From the NCBI GenBank assembly GCA_014803525.1, contig JAAVBP010000004.1, positions 121,369 to 185,368 on the forward strand: a stretch of DNA of 64,000 nt, given 5' to 3'. Below the pieces are notes generated by a model. That model was not told where the DNA came from. It searched no databases and was given only the letters and a program-made list of their open reading frames with translations. Positions 1 to 8,011 of this stretch are shown piece after piece. Position numbers and translations under genes: made by a program. Position 1 is the first letter of the stretch. Every line of letters begins with the position of its first letter. This DNA is from a bacterium. Lineage in GTDB: Bacteria; Pseudomonadota; Alphaproteobacteria; Rs-D84.

Positions 1-184
1 CATACGTGGCAATATCGCGGCGCGATTTGGACTGCGTTCGACAATCATCTTTTCGACTGTCCGCACGGCGCGGCGACTGGGCAAAAATATCAGCATGCGC
101 GCAATGTCCGCGTTACCATCCGCCATCATCACCTGCCACAGCGCGTCCAACATACGCGCCGGATTTGATACACAAAAGATATTG

Positions 185-739
185 TTATTTAATGCCAATT
201 ATCGCCCTGATGGGGTCCAGCCCCGTTTTCTTTTCCGCCGATGTTTCGATGATTTCCGGCGCCATCGCACCGTGTTCGTTATGGTCCAGTTTTATCTGCT
301 TGTCCTCGCGCACGCGTTTGTCTTTTTTTGTATACACGATCTGATACGCAATCGCATTTGCATCACAGAAATCCATCAAATCCAAATCAGAATCACGCGG
401 CCCGATACGTGAATCGATCAGGATAAACAGTCTGCGCAATTGCCGCCGGGATAATAAATATTCTTCCAAACGCGCCAGCCACCGCATCGCGTCTGTTTTG
501 GATACCTTGGCATAGCCATACCCGGGCAGGTCTGCAATAATCACACGATCATCAATGTTAAATAAATTTAAAGACTGTGTACGGCCCGGTGTGTTTGATG
601 TGCGGGCCACCGGCGCGCCCACCACCGCATTAATCAACGATGATTTTCCAACATTACTGCGCCCGATAAATGCGTATTCCGCAAATGCGGTGTTCGGCAA
701 CGATTTCACTGTTTCAAATGATCCCATAAATTTAATCAT
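185..739 (-). CDS. engB: Ribosome-biogenesis GTP-binding protein EngB/YihA
   Basis: G1 motif GRSNVGKSSLINA, G3 DLPGYG, G4 TKKDK; start taken at MIKFMGSF, which overlaps the rsmI stop by 8 bp. The longer ORF 185..844 is rejected as an upstream extension. Confidence 0.8.
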   Translation of the reverse strand: MIKFMGSFETVKSLPNTAFAEYAFIGRSNVGKSSLINAVVGAPVARTSNTPGRTQSLNLFNIDDRVIIADLPGYGYAKVSKTDAMRWLARLEEYLLSRRQLRRLFILIDSRIGPRDSDLDLMDFCDANAIAYQIVYTKKDKRVREDKQIKLDHNEHGAMAPEIIETSAEKKTGLDPIRAIIGIK

Positions 740-1529
740 TATTATTTGCCTCCACCAGGCGACGATACGCCTCTTTCTTGGATATTCCCGCACGGGCCGC
801 CAGGTCAGCTGCGGCCGATTTTGTTGACGTTGCCACAACATCATTTACGATTTCTGAAATCTCGGCATCTGTCATTTTATGTTCGGGCGCCGGCGCGACA
901 ACAATTACTATTTCACCACGCGGCGGCGTGATATTCATCAATTCCGCCGGATATCCGATAATCGTTTCTTCATAGATTTTTGTTATCTCGCGCACGATGG
1001 CAATCTTGCGTTCCGGCATCACACGGGCCAACACACCAATTGTCGCCATAATACGATTTGGACTTTCGTAATAAATAATCGTATGGCGGATTTTATTGTC
1101 TGCCGCTACCCTCTTTTCATCAAAGAAACCGCAGAACGTAAACCGGTCTGTCGGAAATCCCGATAATACCAATGCCGATATCGCCGCCGTCGGGCCCGGC
1201 ACCATAAAGACCGGCACACCCGCCGCGCGCGCCGCACGCACCAATCGAAATCCCGGATCCGACACCCCCGGCATGCCGGCATCGGACACGGCGGCAATTG
1301 TCGTGCCCCCGATTAGTTTTTCAATCAATTCCGGCACAACATCACGTTCATTGTGATCGTGCATGGCACGTGCCGGCGTCTTTATATCAAAATGCGATGC
1401 CAATTTCCCAAACACGCGTGTGTCTTCGGCCGCGACCAAGTCCACAGACTTCAATACATCCACCGCGCGCGGCGACATATCCGATAAATTTCCAATTGGT
1501 GTTCCAACAATATAAAGCCCTGATTGCAT
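732..1529 (-). CDS. rsmI: 16S rRNA (cytidine1402-2'-O)-methyltransferase RsmI (tetrapyrrole-methylase fold)
   Basis: N-terminal LYIVGTPIGNLSD...AAEDTR and GxSDPG motifs typical of RsmI; RBS AAGGA precedes the ATG; divergent from an lpoA-like gene as in E. coli. Confidence 0.8.
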   Translation of the reverse strand: MQSGLYIVGTPIGNLSDMSPRAVDVLKSVDLVAAEDTRVFGKLASHFDIKTPARAMHDHNERDVVPELIEKLIGGTTIAAVSDAGMPGVSDPGFRLVRAARAAGVPVFMVPGPTAAISALVLSGFPTDRFTFCGFFDEKRVAADNKIRHTIIYYESPNRIMATIGVLARVMPERKIAIVREITKIYEETIIGYPAELMNITPPRGEIVIVVAPAPEHKMTDAEISEIVNDVVATSTKSAAADLAARAGISKKEAYRRLVEANNND

Positions 1530-1565
1530 TCATCATCCTTTTGTAGTAAAATGATACAGAATAAA

Positions 1566-3161
1566 ATGGATTTTTCAATGCATATGAATAAATTTTTGGC
1601 TTTTCTTGGCCTGACAGGCACTTTGGCGGGATGTAATGGCACGATGACACCACGCGACACATGGCATTCAGAATACGGGTCACTTAGCACCGGGACGCCG
1701 ACCACAATGATGTATGGCACGCCCGCCACGGATGATGCATCACATAAAATGTCGGTGTTATTACCACTTAGTGGTGAAAACGCGGCAACAGGCCGGGCCC
1801 TGCGCACCGCGATTGAGGCCGCCGTTATCCAACGCGCACCAAACAGCCTTAGTGTGACATTCCATGACACCGCCGTCGGTGCATCCACGGCGATAAATAC
1901 GGCATTATCCGAAAATCCAGATGTTATTGTCGGCCCACTGTTTGCGGCGGATGCGCGTACATTACGCGCAATGAAGCCAAATGATATGCCCGCAATATCA
2001 TTTACATCAGACGCCAGCGCACTTGGCAATGGCGTTATGACAATGGCCCTGATGCCGTCAAACGGGGTTGAGGCAATTGTTCGCGAAATGGCCACCGACG
2101 GGTCAACAGGTATGCTGATATTGGCGCCAGAATCAAATACCGGGCGCCTGATGGCGGCGGCGGCACGCGCCGCGGCAACAAACAACGACATTCCGGTATC
2201 AGGCGTTGTTTTTTATCACGAACGTGACACAGAATCGATTAAAAATGCGGCCAATGCGGCAGCACTGTACCCGGCACGCAGCGCCGCAAACAAGCGCGCG
2301 CGCGAAATACTGGCCGACGTATTGAATACAGAACAGTTGACCGCAATTGAAAAATCATCCCTGTCACGCCAACTGGATAATATATCAAGAACAGAAACAC
2401 TGGGGCATCTGCCGTATAATGCCGTGTTATTCTTAGGCAGCGCAGATGATGCAAAATCATTGGCATCATTTCTGCGATACTATGGCGTATCCGCACGTGA
2501 CGCACGTTTTTATGGAACAGCCATGTGGGACGGCGCATTTACCAGTTCTGATATAACAATGTCTGGGGCGAAATATCCCGCATTGTCAGAAACCAATCCC
2601 GCATTCGTAAACCTGTATGAACAAACCACGGGCACCACACCAAACCGCATTGCATCGTTTGGCTATGACGCCGCAAATATGGCAATGGGAACAATATATT
2701 CCAGAAAATCCAATGCGGCATACCTGATGGACCCCAGTGGTTATGTCGGTATTGACGGCCTGGTTCGCCTAACCCCCAGCGGGGCCAGCCAGCGCGCCCT
2801 GCGCATAATGCAAATTTCCGGAAACGGCGCAATCGCAATGCGTGCGGCACCCGATAACTTTATCACCCAGATTTACAGCATTGATCCGGCAAAGCTTGCC
2901 CCGGCACGCCCAATGACGGTGGAAACCCCGGGAATAAATCCATTGTCATACATCCAGATTCCAGACCGCGTACGTGGCAAATACAAATCAAAAACATATG
3001 GTGCAAATGCAACCCAATCCACAACCACGCACCAGGAAAATATTATCGCCATCATACCCGAAGATGATGAGGAAACGGTTGTATCAAACCCGGAATTTCA
3101 ACCAAAACCACTTGAAACGGTCAGTCGCACATACATCGACAGCGTTGAAATAAACGAATAA
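1566..3161 (+). CDS. LppC/LpoA-family periplasmic lipoprotein (PBP-activator-like, periplasmic-binding-protein fold)
   Basis: Lipoprotein signal LAFLGLTGTLAGC; length about 530 aa; divergently placed next to rsmI, the conserved position of lpoA (yraM). Start codon uncertain (1524, 1566 or 1578). Confidence 0.5.
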   Translation: MDFSMHMNKFLAFLGLTGTLAGCNGTMTPRDTWHSEYGSLSTGTPTTMMYGTPATDDASHKMSVLLPLSGENAATGRALRTAIEAAVIQRAPNSLSVTFHDTAVGASTAINTALSENPDVIVGPLFAADARTLRAMKPNDMPAISFTSDASALGNGVMTMALMPSNGVEAIVREMATDGSTGMLILAPESNTGRLMAAAARAAATNNDIPVSGVVFYHERDTESIKNAANAAALYPARSAANKRAREILADVLNTEQLTAIEKSSLSRQLDNISRTETLGHLPYNAVLFLGSADDAKSLASFLRYYGVSARDARFYGTAMWDGAFTSSDITMSGAKYPALSETNPAFVNLYEQTTGTTPNRIASFGYDAANMAMGTIYSRKSNAAYLMDPSGYVGIDGLVRLTPSGASQRALRIMQISGNGAIAMRAAPDNFITQIYSIDPAKLAPARPMTVETPGINPLSYIQIPDRVRGKYKSKTYGANATQSTTTHQENIIAIIPEDDEETVVSNPEFQPKPLETVSRTYIDSVEINE

Positions 3162-3163
3162 AA

Positions 3164-3189
3164 GAAACGGGGCTATGCCCCGTTTCTTA
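3164..3189. terminator. Bidirectional rho-independent terminator between convergent genes
   Basis: Hairpin AAACGGGGC-TAT-GCCCCGTTT flanked by A/T runs. Confidence 0.6.
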
Positions 3190-4212
3190 TTTCATATTTA
3201 TTTCAAAAAACTCTTCAATCTTATCAAACGGAATCACATCCATATTGTCGTATAAATCAACATGATTTGCGCCCGGGATAATTACCAGTTCTTTGTTATC
3301 CCCTTTTAGCTTTTTAAACGCATCTTCACTGAAATAACGACTGTGCGCGTTTTCCCCATGCAGCATTAAAACAGGGCTGCGAATCTCACCGATGTATGTC
3401 AACAATGGCATATTCATAAACGGCAGATTTGACGTCACACGCCAACCATCGTTTGATGCAACCGAACGCTTATGATAACCACGCGGCGTTTTATAATATG
3501 CCCAATAATCTTTCATAAATTGAGGAGCATCATCATCCACCTTGTCCGGCAAACCGCCCGCGAACGCAGGCGTCCCGTTTTTAGCATCCGCTGTACGTTG
3601 CGCATTCATGGCCACGCGCGCCGCATAACGGGCATCAGCGTTATTATCCGCATCAAAGTATCCGTTGGCGTTAACACGCGACATATCATACATGGTCGAT
3701 GTCACAACCGCACGAATACGCGGATCATTTGCCGCCGCATTCAATCCCATTCCGCCAAATCCACAAATTCCAATAATTCCGATTTTGTTTTCATCAACAT
3801 CGCTACGGGTTGTTAAATAATCAACCGCCGCAGAAAAATCTTCGGTATTGATATCAGGCGACGCAACATTACGCGGCGTGCCCCCGGAATCACCCGTATA
3901 AGATGCATCAAACGCCAATGCCACAAAACCACGCGATGCCATTTCCTGTGCATATCGACCGGACACCTGCTCTTTGACCGCACCAAACGGGCCGGACACT
4001 GCAATTGCCGGCAATGGTTCGACACCGCGATTTTTCGGCATATACAGGTCACCAGCCAATTCTATACCATAACGATTTTTAAAATGAACACGCGTCACAC
4101 TGACATCTGGATTTTTGGCAAATGTTTTGTCCCATGCGCGCCCGCGCCAAATAAACACCGCCGCCACAATGACAATCAATGCAACAGCAATAACTGATAT
4201 TGTTTTTATCAT
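3187..4212 (-). CDS. Dienelactone-hydrolase-family alpha/beta hydrolase, membrane anchored
   Basis: N-terminal TM helix; nucleophile-elbow-like GICGFGG (Cys nucleophile as in DLH family); downstream His in ...PGANHVD; RBS AAAAAGGAGAAAG. Confidence 0.55.
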   Translation of the reverse strand: MIKTISVIAVALIVIVAAVFIWRGRAWDKTFAKNPDVSVTRVHFKNRYGIELAGDLYMPKNRGVEPLPAIAVSGPFGAVKEQVSGRYAQEMASRGFVALAFDASYTGDSGGTPRNVASPDINTEDFSAAVDYLTTRSDVDENKIGIIGICGFGGMGLNAAANDPRIRAVVTSTMYDMSRVNANGYFDADNNADARYAARVAMNAQRTADAKNGTPAFAGGLPDKVDDDAPQFMKDYWAYYKTPRGYHKRSVASNDGWRVTSNLPFMNMPLLTYIGEIRSPVLMLHGENAHSRYFSEDAFKKLKGDNKELVIIPGANHVDLYDNMDVIPFDKIEEFFEINMK

Positions 4213-4347
4213 ACTTTCTCCTTTTTATGGAACATAATATAAACCATAGAGCTAACTCCAACACAAGTTATTTTTTATAACAGAATCCATTCCTGTATTT
4301 TGCAACGAAAAATTATGGCACCATAGGCATATAAAAGGAGACATCAC

Positions 4348-4647
4348 ATGCCATCATTCGGTGATATAAATACGGTATACAATCCAACAAAAAAATTAAA
4401 CAAAGAAGAGATCATTCGCGCCCTGCAATTCGGCATTGCATCAGAATACGAAACTATACAGATATATCAGCAAATCATGGCCAGCACAGATAATGATGCA
4501 GTAAAAACAGTACTGACCGATTTAACAAACGACGAAATGCACCATGCGGGCGCACTGTTGAAATTGATTCATATATTGGCGCCGGACGTTGCCGCCCAAT
4601 ATGAGCACGGCGCAGATAAAGTTCTAACGGAACTGGGGATAAAATAA
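4348..4647 (+). CDS. Small ferritin-like / rubrerythrin-like protein (possible EncFtn-like)
   Basis: 99 aa; E-x-x-E and E-x-x-H (NDEMHH) carboxylate/His spacing typical of small diiron ferritin-like proteins; RBS AAAAGGAG. Confidence 0.35.
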   Translation: MPSFGDINTVYNPTKKLNKEEIIRALQFGIASEYETIQIYQQIMASTDNDAVKTVLTDLTNDEMHHAGALLKLIHILAPDVAAQYEHGADKVLTELGIK

Positions 4648-4654
4648 ATAAAAA

Positions 4655-4730
4655 ACGCCGGTAAAACCGGCATTTTTCATTTCTGGTGGGAGTGGGTGAA
4701 CAATTTTCTAGCCATTGACTTCCCTAAAGC
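4655..4730. repeat. Terminator hairpin fused to a tRNA-Tyr 3'-end fragment (copy 1)
   Basis: AACGCCGGTAAAACCGGCATTTT hairpin followed by TGGTGGGAGTGG.. and AACAATTTTCTAGC; about 85% identical to the copy at 5708-5790; TGGTGGGAGTGG matches the 3' acceptor end of the tRNA-Tyr at 19036. Confidence 0.6.
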
Positions 4731-4732
4731 TC

Positions 4733-5113
4733 TTACCGAGAAATTTGACGTAAATATTCGCTTCTAATATTATCTATTCTGTTATGCAGTTTTTTCTCCG
4801 CATTCAGCATTCTTTGAGCAAACACCAACGCAGCAATAAATTGAGCCCCAAGAAACGCAAAATACCAATAACTATCGCTAACATCTCGTGTTTCACAACA
4901 TTTTGCCATAGTATATATCCCAGCCGCAAGATTGACTACCAGGTCACCCGCAAAAACAAATCCCCACGGCTTAACCGGAATTGTCGCACGACTATACAAT
5001 TTACGCAGTTCTTTATCTTGTTCCGGTGTCAGTTTCAGACCAGACACCACATCATCATATTTCTGGGCAATAAAATTTTTCTCAAAATTAGTTTGCTGTT
5101 TTTTATTTTGCAT
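4733..5113 (-). CDS. Hypothetical small membrane protein
   Basis: 126 aa ORF with a hydrophobic stretch (FVFAGDLVVNLAAGIY... FLGAQFIAALVFA) and an RBS; lies between the two terminator/tRNA-fragment modules. Confidence 0.4.
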   Translation of the reverse strand: MQNKKQQTNFEKNFIAQKYDDVVSGLKLTPEQDKELRKLYSRATIPVKPWGFVFAGDLVVNLAAGIYTMAKCCETRDVSDSYWYFAFLGAQFIAALVFAQRMLNAEKKLHNRIDNIRSEYLRQISR

Positions 5114-5204
5114 ACTTTTTTCCCTTTATATCAAGAAACAGAGTACACCAACCGTCATACATGTCAAACAAAAAAACATGACACTAAGTTCCCCTCATGC
5201 AAGA

Positions 5205-5705
5205 GATGTGTCGCAATATGGTGGCTGATTCCCTAGGCGCCACGCGCCTGTGGGGCACTCGTTAGCACTCAAACTTCGCCCTGCTCGTTTTCGTTTACTC
5301 GTAGTCGAACCTGCGACATACATCGCATGGTTCAAATCCAAAAGACACAACCGACCGTGGCTGGATTCGCTCGGACTGACATCCTGCGCGGCAGTCGTAT
5401 CGTTTGCTATCGCAAACTCCCAATCGCTAACGCTCTTGGACTCCTTGTCGAACCAGCTGTTTGCGTTCCGCAAACTTCACCGCTGCCTCTCATCTGCCCA
5501 TCCCAAACCAAAACAAAAACCGACCATTCGGTCGGTTTGTGTTTTGGTGGGAGTGGCTGATTCCCTCGCCCGTCGCACTTTGTGCGCCGCGGCTGTGGGG
5601 CACTTGTACGGCGCGAACGGCGCATACGCTTGTTCTTGCCGACAGCGTAGTCGAACCTGTGACATACGTCACATGACTCAAATCCAAAAGCCACGACCGA
5701 CAGAA
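5205..5705. repeat. Two degenerate tandem units of about 330 bp carrying tRNA-Tyr 3'-end-like fragments
   Basis: Unit 1 at about 5218-5545 and unit 2 at about 5555-5705 share GTGGCTGATTCCCT...CTGTGGGGCACT...GTAGTCGAACCTG[C/T]GACATAC...CAAATCCAAAAG; fragments GTGGCTGGATTCG at 5380 and TGGTGGGAGTGGCTG at 5546 match the 19036-19060 tRNA-Tyr 3' end. The overlapping small ORFs are judged spurious. Confidence 0.55.
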
Positions 5706-5707
5706 AT

Positions 5708-5790
5708 AAAAACGCCGGTTAAACCGGCATTTTTATTTCTGGTGGGAGTCAATGAACAATTTTCTAGCTACGGATTTCCTTGGATTCCTT
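5708..5790. repeat. Terminator hairpin fused to a tRNA-Tyr 3'-end fragment (copy 2); candidate distal att of the island
   Basis: AACGCCGGTTAAACCGGCATTTTTATTTCTGGTGGGAGTcaATGAACAATTTTCTAGC; direct repeat of the tRNA-Tyr 3' end lying 13.3 kb from the intact tRNA. Confidence 0.55.
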
Positions 5791-5864
5791 AGCATTGGAC
5801 ACGATATAAAACAATTTAAGCAGATAATATCCATACAAAACACAAAATAAAAACACTATCAGCT

Positions 5865-6770
5865 TCACATTTGTTCTTTAGTACCCACAGGGACTCTCTT
5901 TGTTATTTCACAAAAACTATTATCCAGATATTCAATATTATTATCAATTTTCACAAAACAGCCCTTCTCTACTTTTCTAACCAACATATAACACGTATCT
6001 GCTTTACAAACCAGTGTATTTGAAGTATTTATATCGCCTCTTGATTTGGAAAATCCTGCCATAAAAATAAAAATTATAACCCATAAACACTTTGAGATAT
6101 TTTTTACCGATATATTTGGAACAAAGGAATCAAAAAGTAAAAATGCAAAAAACATAGCTACAAATATTACAGTCGTCCAAAAACCACATGTCATTCGCTC
6201 TATAATAATTGCTGACACTAAAAGAGCTAATACCAACAACATCACAAAAACTATCAAAAGGTAATTTAATAGAGCATTCATAACACCTTTCTTTATTGCA
6301 CACTTCACTTTCAATATAGCAGTCGAAAGTTTTTCTTGTTTCTTTAAAAGCCCCTTCATTCCTCTACAACATTTTCCTGAACCAAATAGCTTTTTGGTAT
6401 GTGATGATATTTTATATGTCTTATAGCAAGCCTCAATAAACTTTGGCAAAACCCTTATTATATCAATTAGCCTACGTGTTGTATTCTTAAAATCTTTTAC
6501 AGCAGCAACAATAATATTATCATTGTTAATTGGTATAAAGGGGAATAAGAAACCAATAAGATAAGCCAACTCAAGGAACATACCCGGCATAGTACCTGCA
6601 TAATAGTCACCAACTGTAAGGAATTCAATGTATTGAACGTTAATAAATCTGAAATACCCCAAATTGAACCATACAGCAACTAAAATCAATATACCAATCA
6701 ACGTTAAATAATATTGCTGAATCCATTTTAGAGAAAACACTTCTGTTTTATCATTTGATTTTTTAGACAT
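5865..6770 (-). CDS. Hypothetical polytopic membrane protein (very AT-rich, island cargo)
   Basis: Multiple hydrophobic helices; start chosen at MSKKSND with RBS AAGGGG; Lys/Ile/Asn-rich composition atypical of the flanking core. Confidence 0.5.
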   Translation of the reverse strand: MSKKSNDKTEVFSLKWIQQYYLTLIGILILVAVWFNLGYFRFINVQYIEFLTVGDYYAGTMPGMFLELAYLIGFLFPFIPINNDNIIVAAVKDFKNTTRRLIDIIRVLPKFIEACYKTYKISSHTKKLFGSGKCCRGMKGLLKKQEKLSTAILKVKCAIKKGVMNALLNYLLIVFVMLLVLALLVSAIIIERMTCGFWTTVIFVAMFFAFLLFDSFVPNISVKNISKCLWVIIFIFMAGFSKSRGDINTSNTLVCKADTCYMLVRKVEKGCFVKIDNNIEYLDNSFCEITKRVPVGTKEQM

Positions 6771-7021
6771 TTGATTACCCCTTATGTGCATAATATATAA
6801 AAAATGATACGCATACATTCCTTATTGTCAACCTCCCCCTAGGCCCAACACCCGACATCATAGAACCGAGCATAGTAAAGACGCCCCCCTAAACCTACTG
6901 CCCCAAAAGGCAATATGTCACAGATTTACTGATACAAGGTTGTAATGGATAGGCCTTTACGCGCGAAGCCAATCCGTCACCACCGCAAATTTCAATAGGA
7001 ATACTTTTTTAACGCTTTTTG

Positions 7022-7049
7022 TTGACATCAGTTGTTTTGATGATAGAAT
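7022..7049 (+). promoter_or_regulatory. Sigma70-like promoter (TTGACA-N16-TAGAAT) oriented toward the alpA-like and MTase genes
   Basis: Near-consensus -35 TTGACA at 7022 and -10 TAGAAT at 7044 with a 16-nt spacer. Confidence 0.45.
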
Positions 7050-7251
7050 GATAAACATCAAAATAATTGAAAGATATCTATCTAACTCAATTATTTATCT
7101 AAATTGCGAATAGCTTTTATCAACATCGCAATTTAATTTATGAATTTCTTAAATTTTTAAATTTACTGATACTCTCTCTGTTCTGGACAGGGCTTTTTTT
7201 ACACTTTTTTACTTAAAACTACAAATTTCCAACCAATCAACCAACCAAGAA

Positions 7252-7430
7252 AAACGGGCATTTTTTGCCCTTTTTTCATACACAAAAAAGGAGATATGCC
7301 ATGCAAAAAATCCATTCACCGCCATTATTTATCCTTTTTATTTAAATTTTAACTAACCAATTTTTCTCAATCAACCAAGGGTCGTGCTTTTGCACGGCCC
7401 TTTTTTCATACCTAAAAGGACACATTATGG
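7252..7430 (+). repeat. Duplicated hairpin-plus-leader module (GC hairpin, TTTTTTCATAC, AAAAGGAG, ATG)
   Basis: 7252-7310 GGGCATTTTTTGCCCTTTTTTCATACACAAAAAAGGAGATATGCCATG and 7375-7430 GGGTCGTGCTTTTGCACGGCCCTTTTTTCATACCTAAAAGGACACATTATG; the second copy drives the 84-aa ORF. Confidence 0.4.
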
Positions 7431-7681
7431 CAACATTTACTATTAAACCCGCAACATCTACAACCCCAAAACAAGTTATCATAATCGGAGCAGAAGATAT
7501 GTTATCGCCTTCGGAAGTAGTGCGTATCGTTGGCGTATCTCTCAAAACATTACGCAAATGGCGGGAACTTCGTATCAATCTGGCTTTTTGCGAATGCGAC
7601 CGCTCCGCAAAATATCCGGCAAGCGCAATAAATGAATATCTGGCAGCGACATTTTGTTCGGTAATAATCAAAAAAGCATAA
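7427..7681 (+). CDS. AlpA/Xis-family HTH protein (putative excisionase or regulator)
   Basis: MLSPSEVVRIVGVSLKTLRKWRE resembles the AlpA/MerR-type HTH_17 excisionase motif; located in the island. Confidence 0.45.
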   Translation: MATFTIKPATSTTPKQVIIIGAEDMLSPSEVVRIVGVSLKTLRKWRELRINLAFCECDRSAKYPASAINEYLAATFCSVIIKKA

Positions 7682-8011
7682 TAAGAGCAGAAAAAATAAA
7701 GGGCAAGACCCTATTTTTTTATTTTCGGGGCACGAAATCCCCCAAAGTTCACAAAGTCCACAAAGTAAACCAAATCCCACACCACATTGCAAATCTAGTC
7801 AGTTATTATTTCTACGACGCGAAACAAAGGAGACGCAAACAAATGAATAGCAGTTAAACAACAAACCAATACAGCACAACGACTAATCAGTCTATGCGCT
7901 GATAAAACAAGAAATTTTAACCGTAAAACTCTCAGCTTGCAATCGCGGAATGCGATTCCTGTACGGGGATTTTTACACCTAAAAAGTCCAAAAATAACAA
8001 AGGAGAAAACA

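Noticed and set aside
1451-2191. 246-aa minus-strand ORF overlapping the 5' half of the lpoA-like gene
   Set aside because: It lies entirely antisense to a well-supported lipoprotein gene, has no RBS and shows Ala/Arg-rich composition typical of GC-frame artefacts.
5205-5705. Possible two-piece tmRNA or other tRNA-like ncRNA (GGTTCAAATCC T-arm-like motif)
   Set aside because: No acceptor stem, CCA end or tag reading frame could be assembled by hand. The T-arm-like motifs are better explained as decayed tRNA-Tyr fragments.
4655-5790. CRISPR array
   Set aside because: The repeats are long (75-330 bp), degenerate and tandem without unique spacers of regular length. No cas genes are present.
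5195-5792. Cluster of overlapping 60-180-aa ORFs on both strands
   Set aside because: They lie inside the degenerate tandem repeat and tRNA-fragment array. The ORFs overlap one another in several frames and lack start contexts, so they are judged non-coding.
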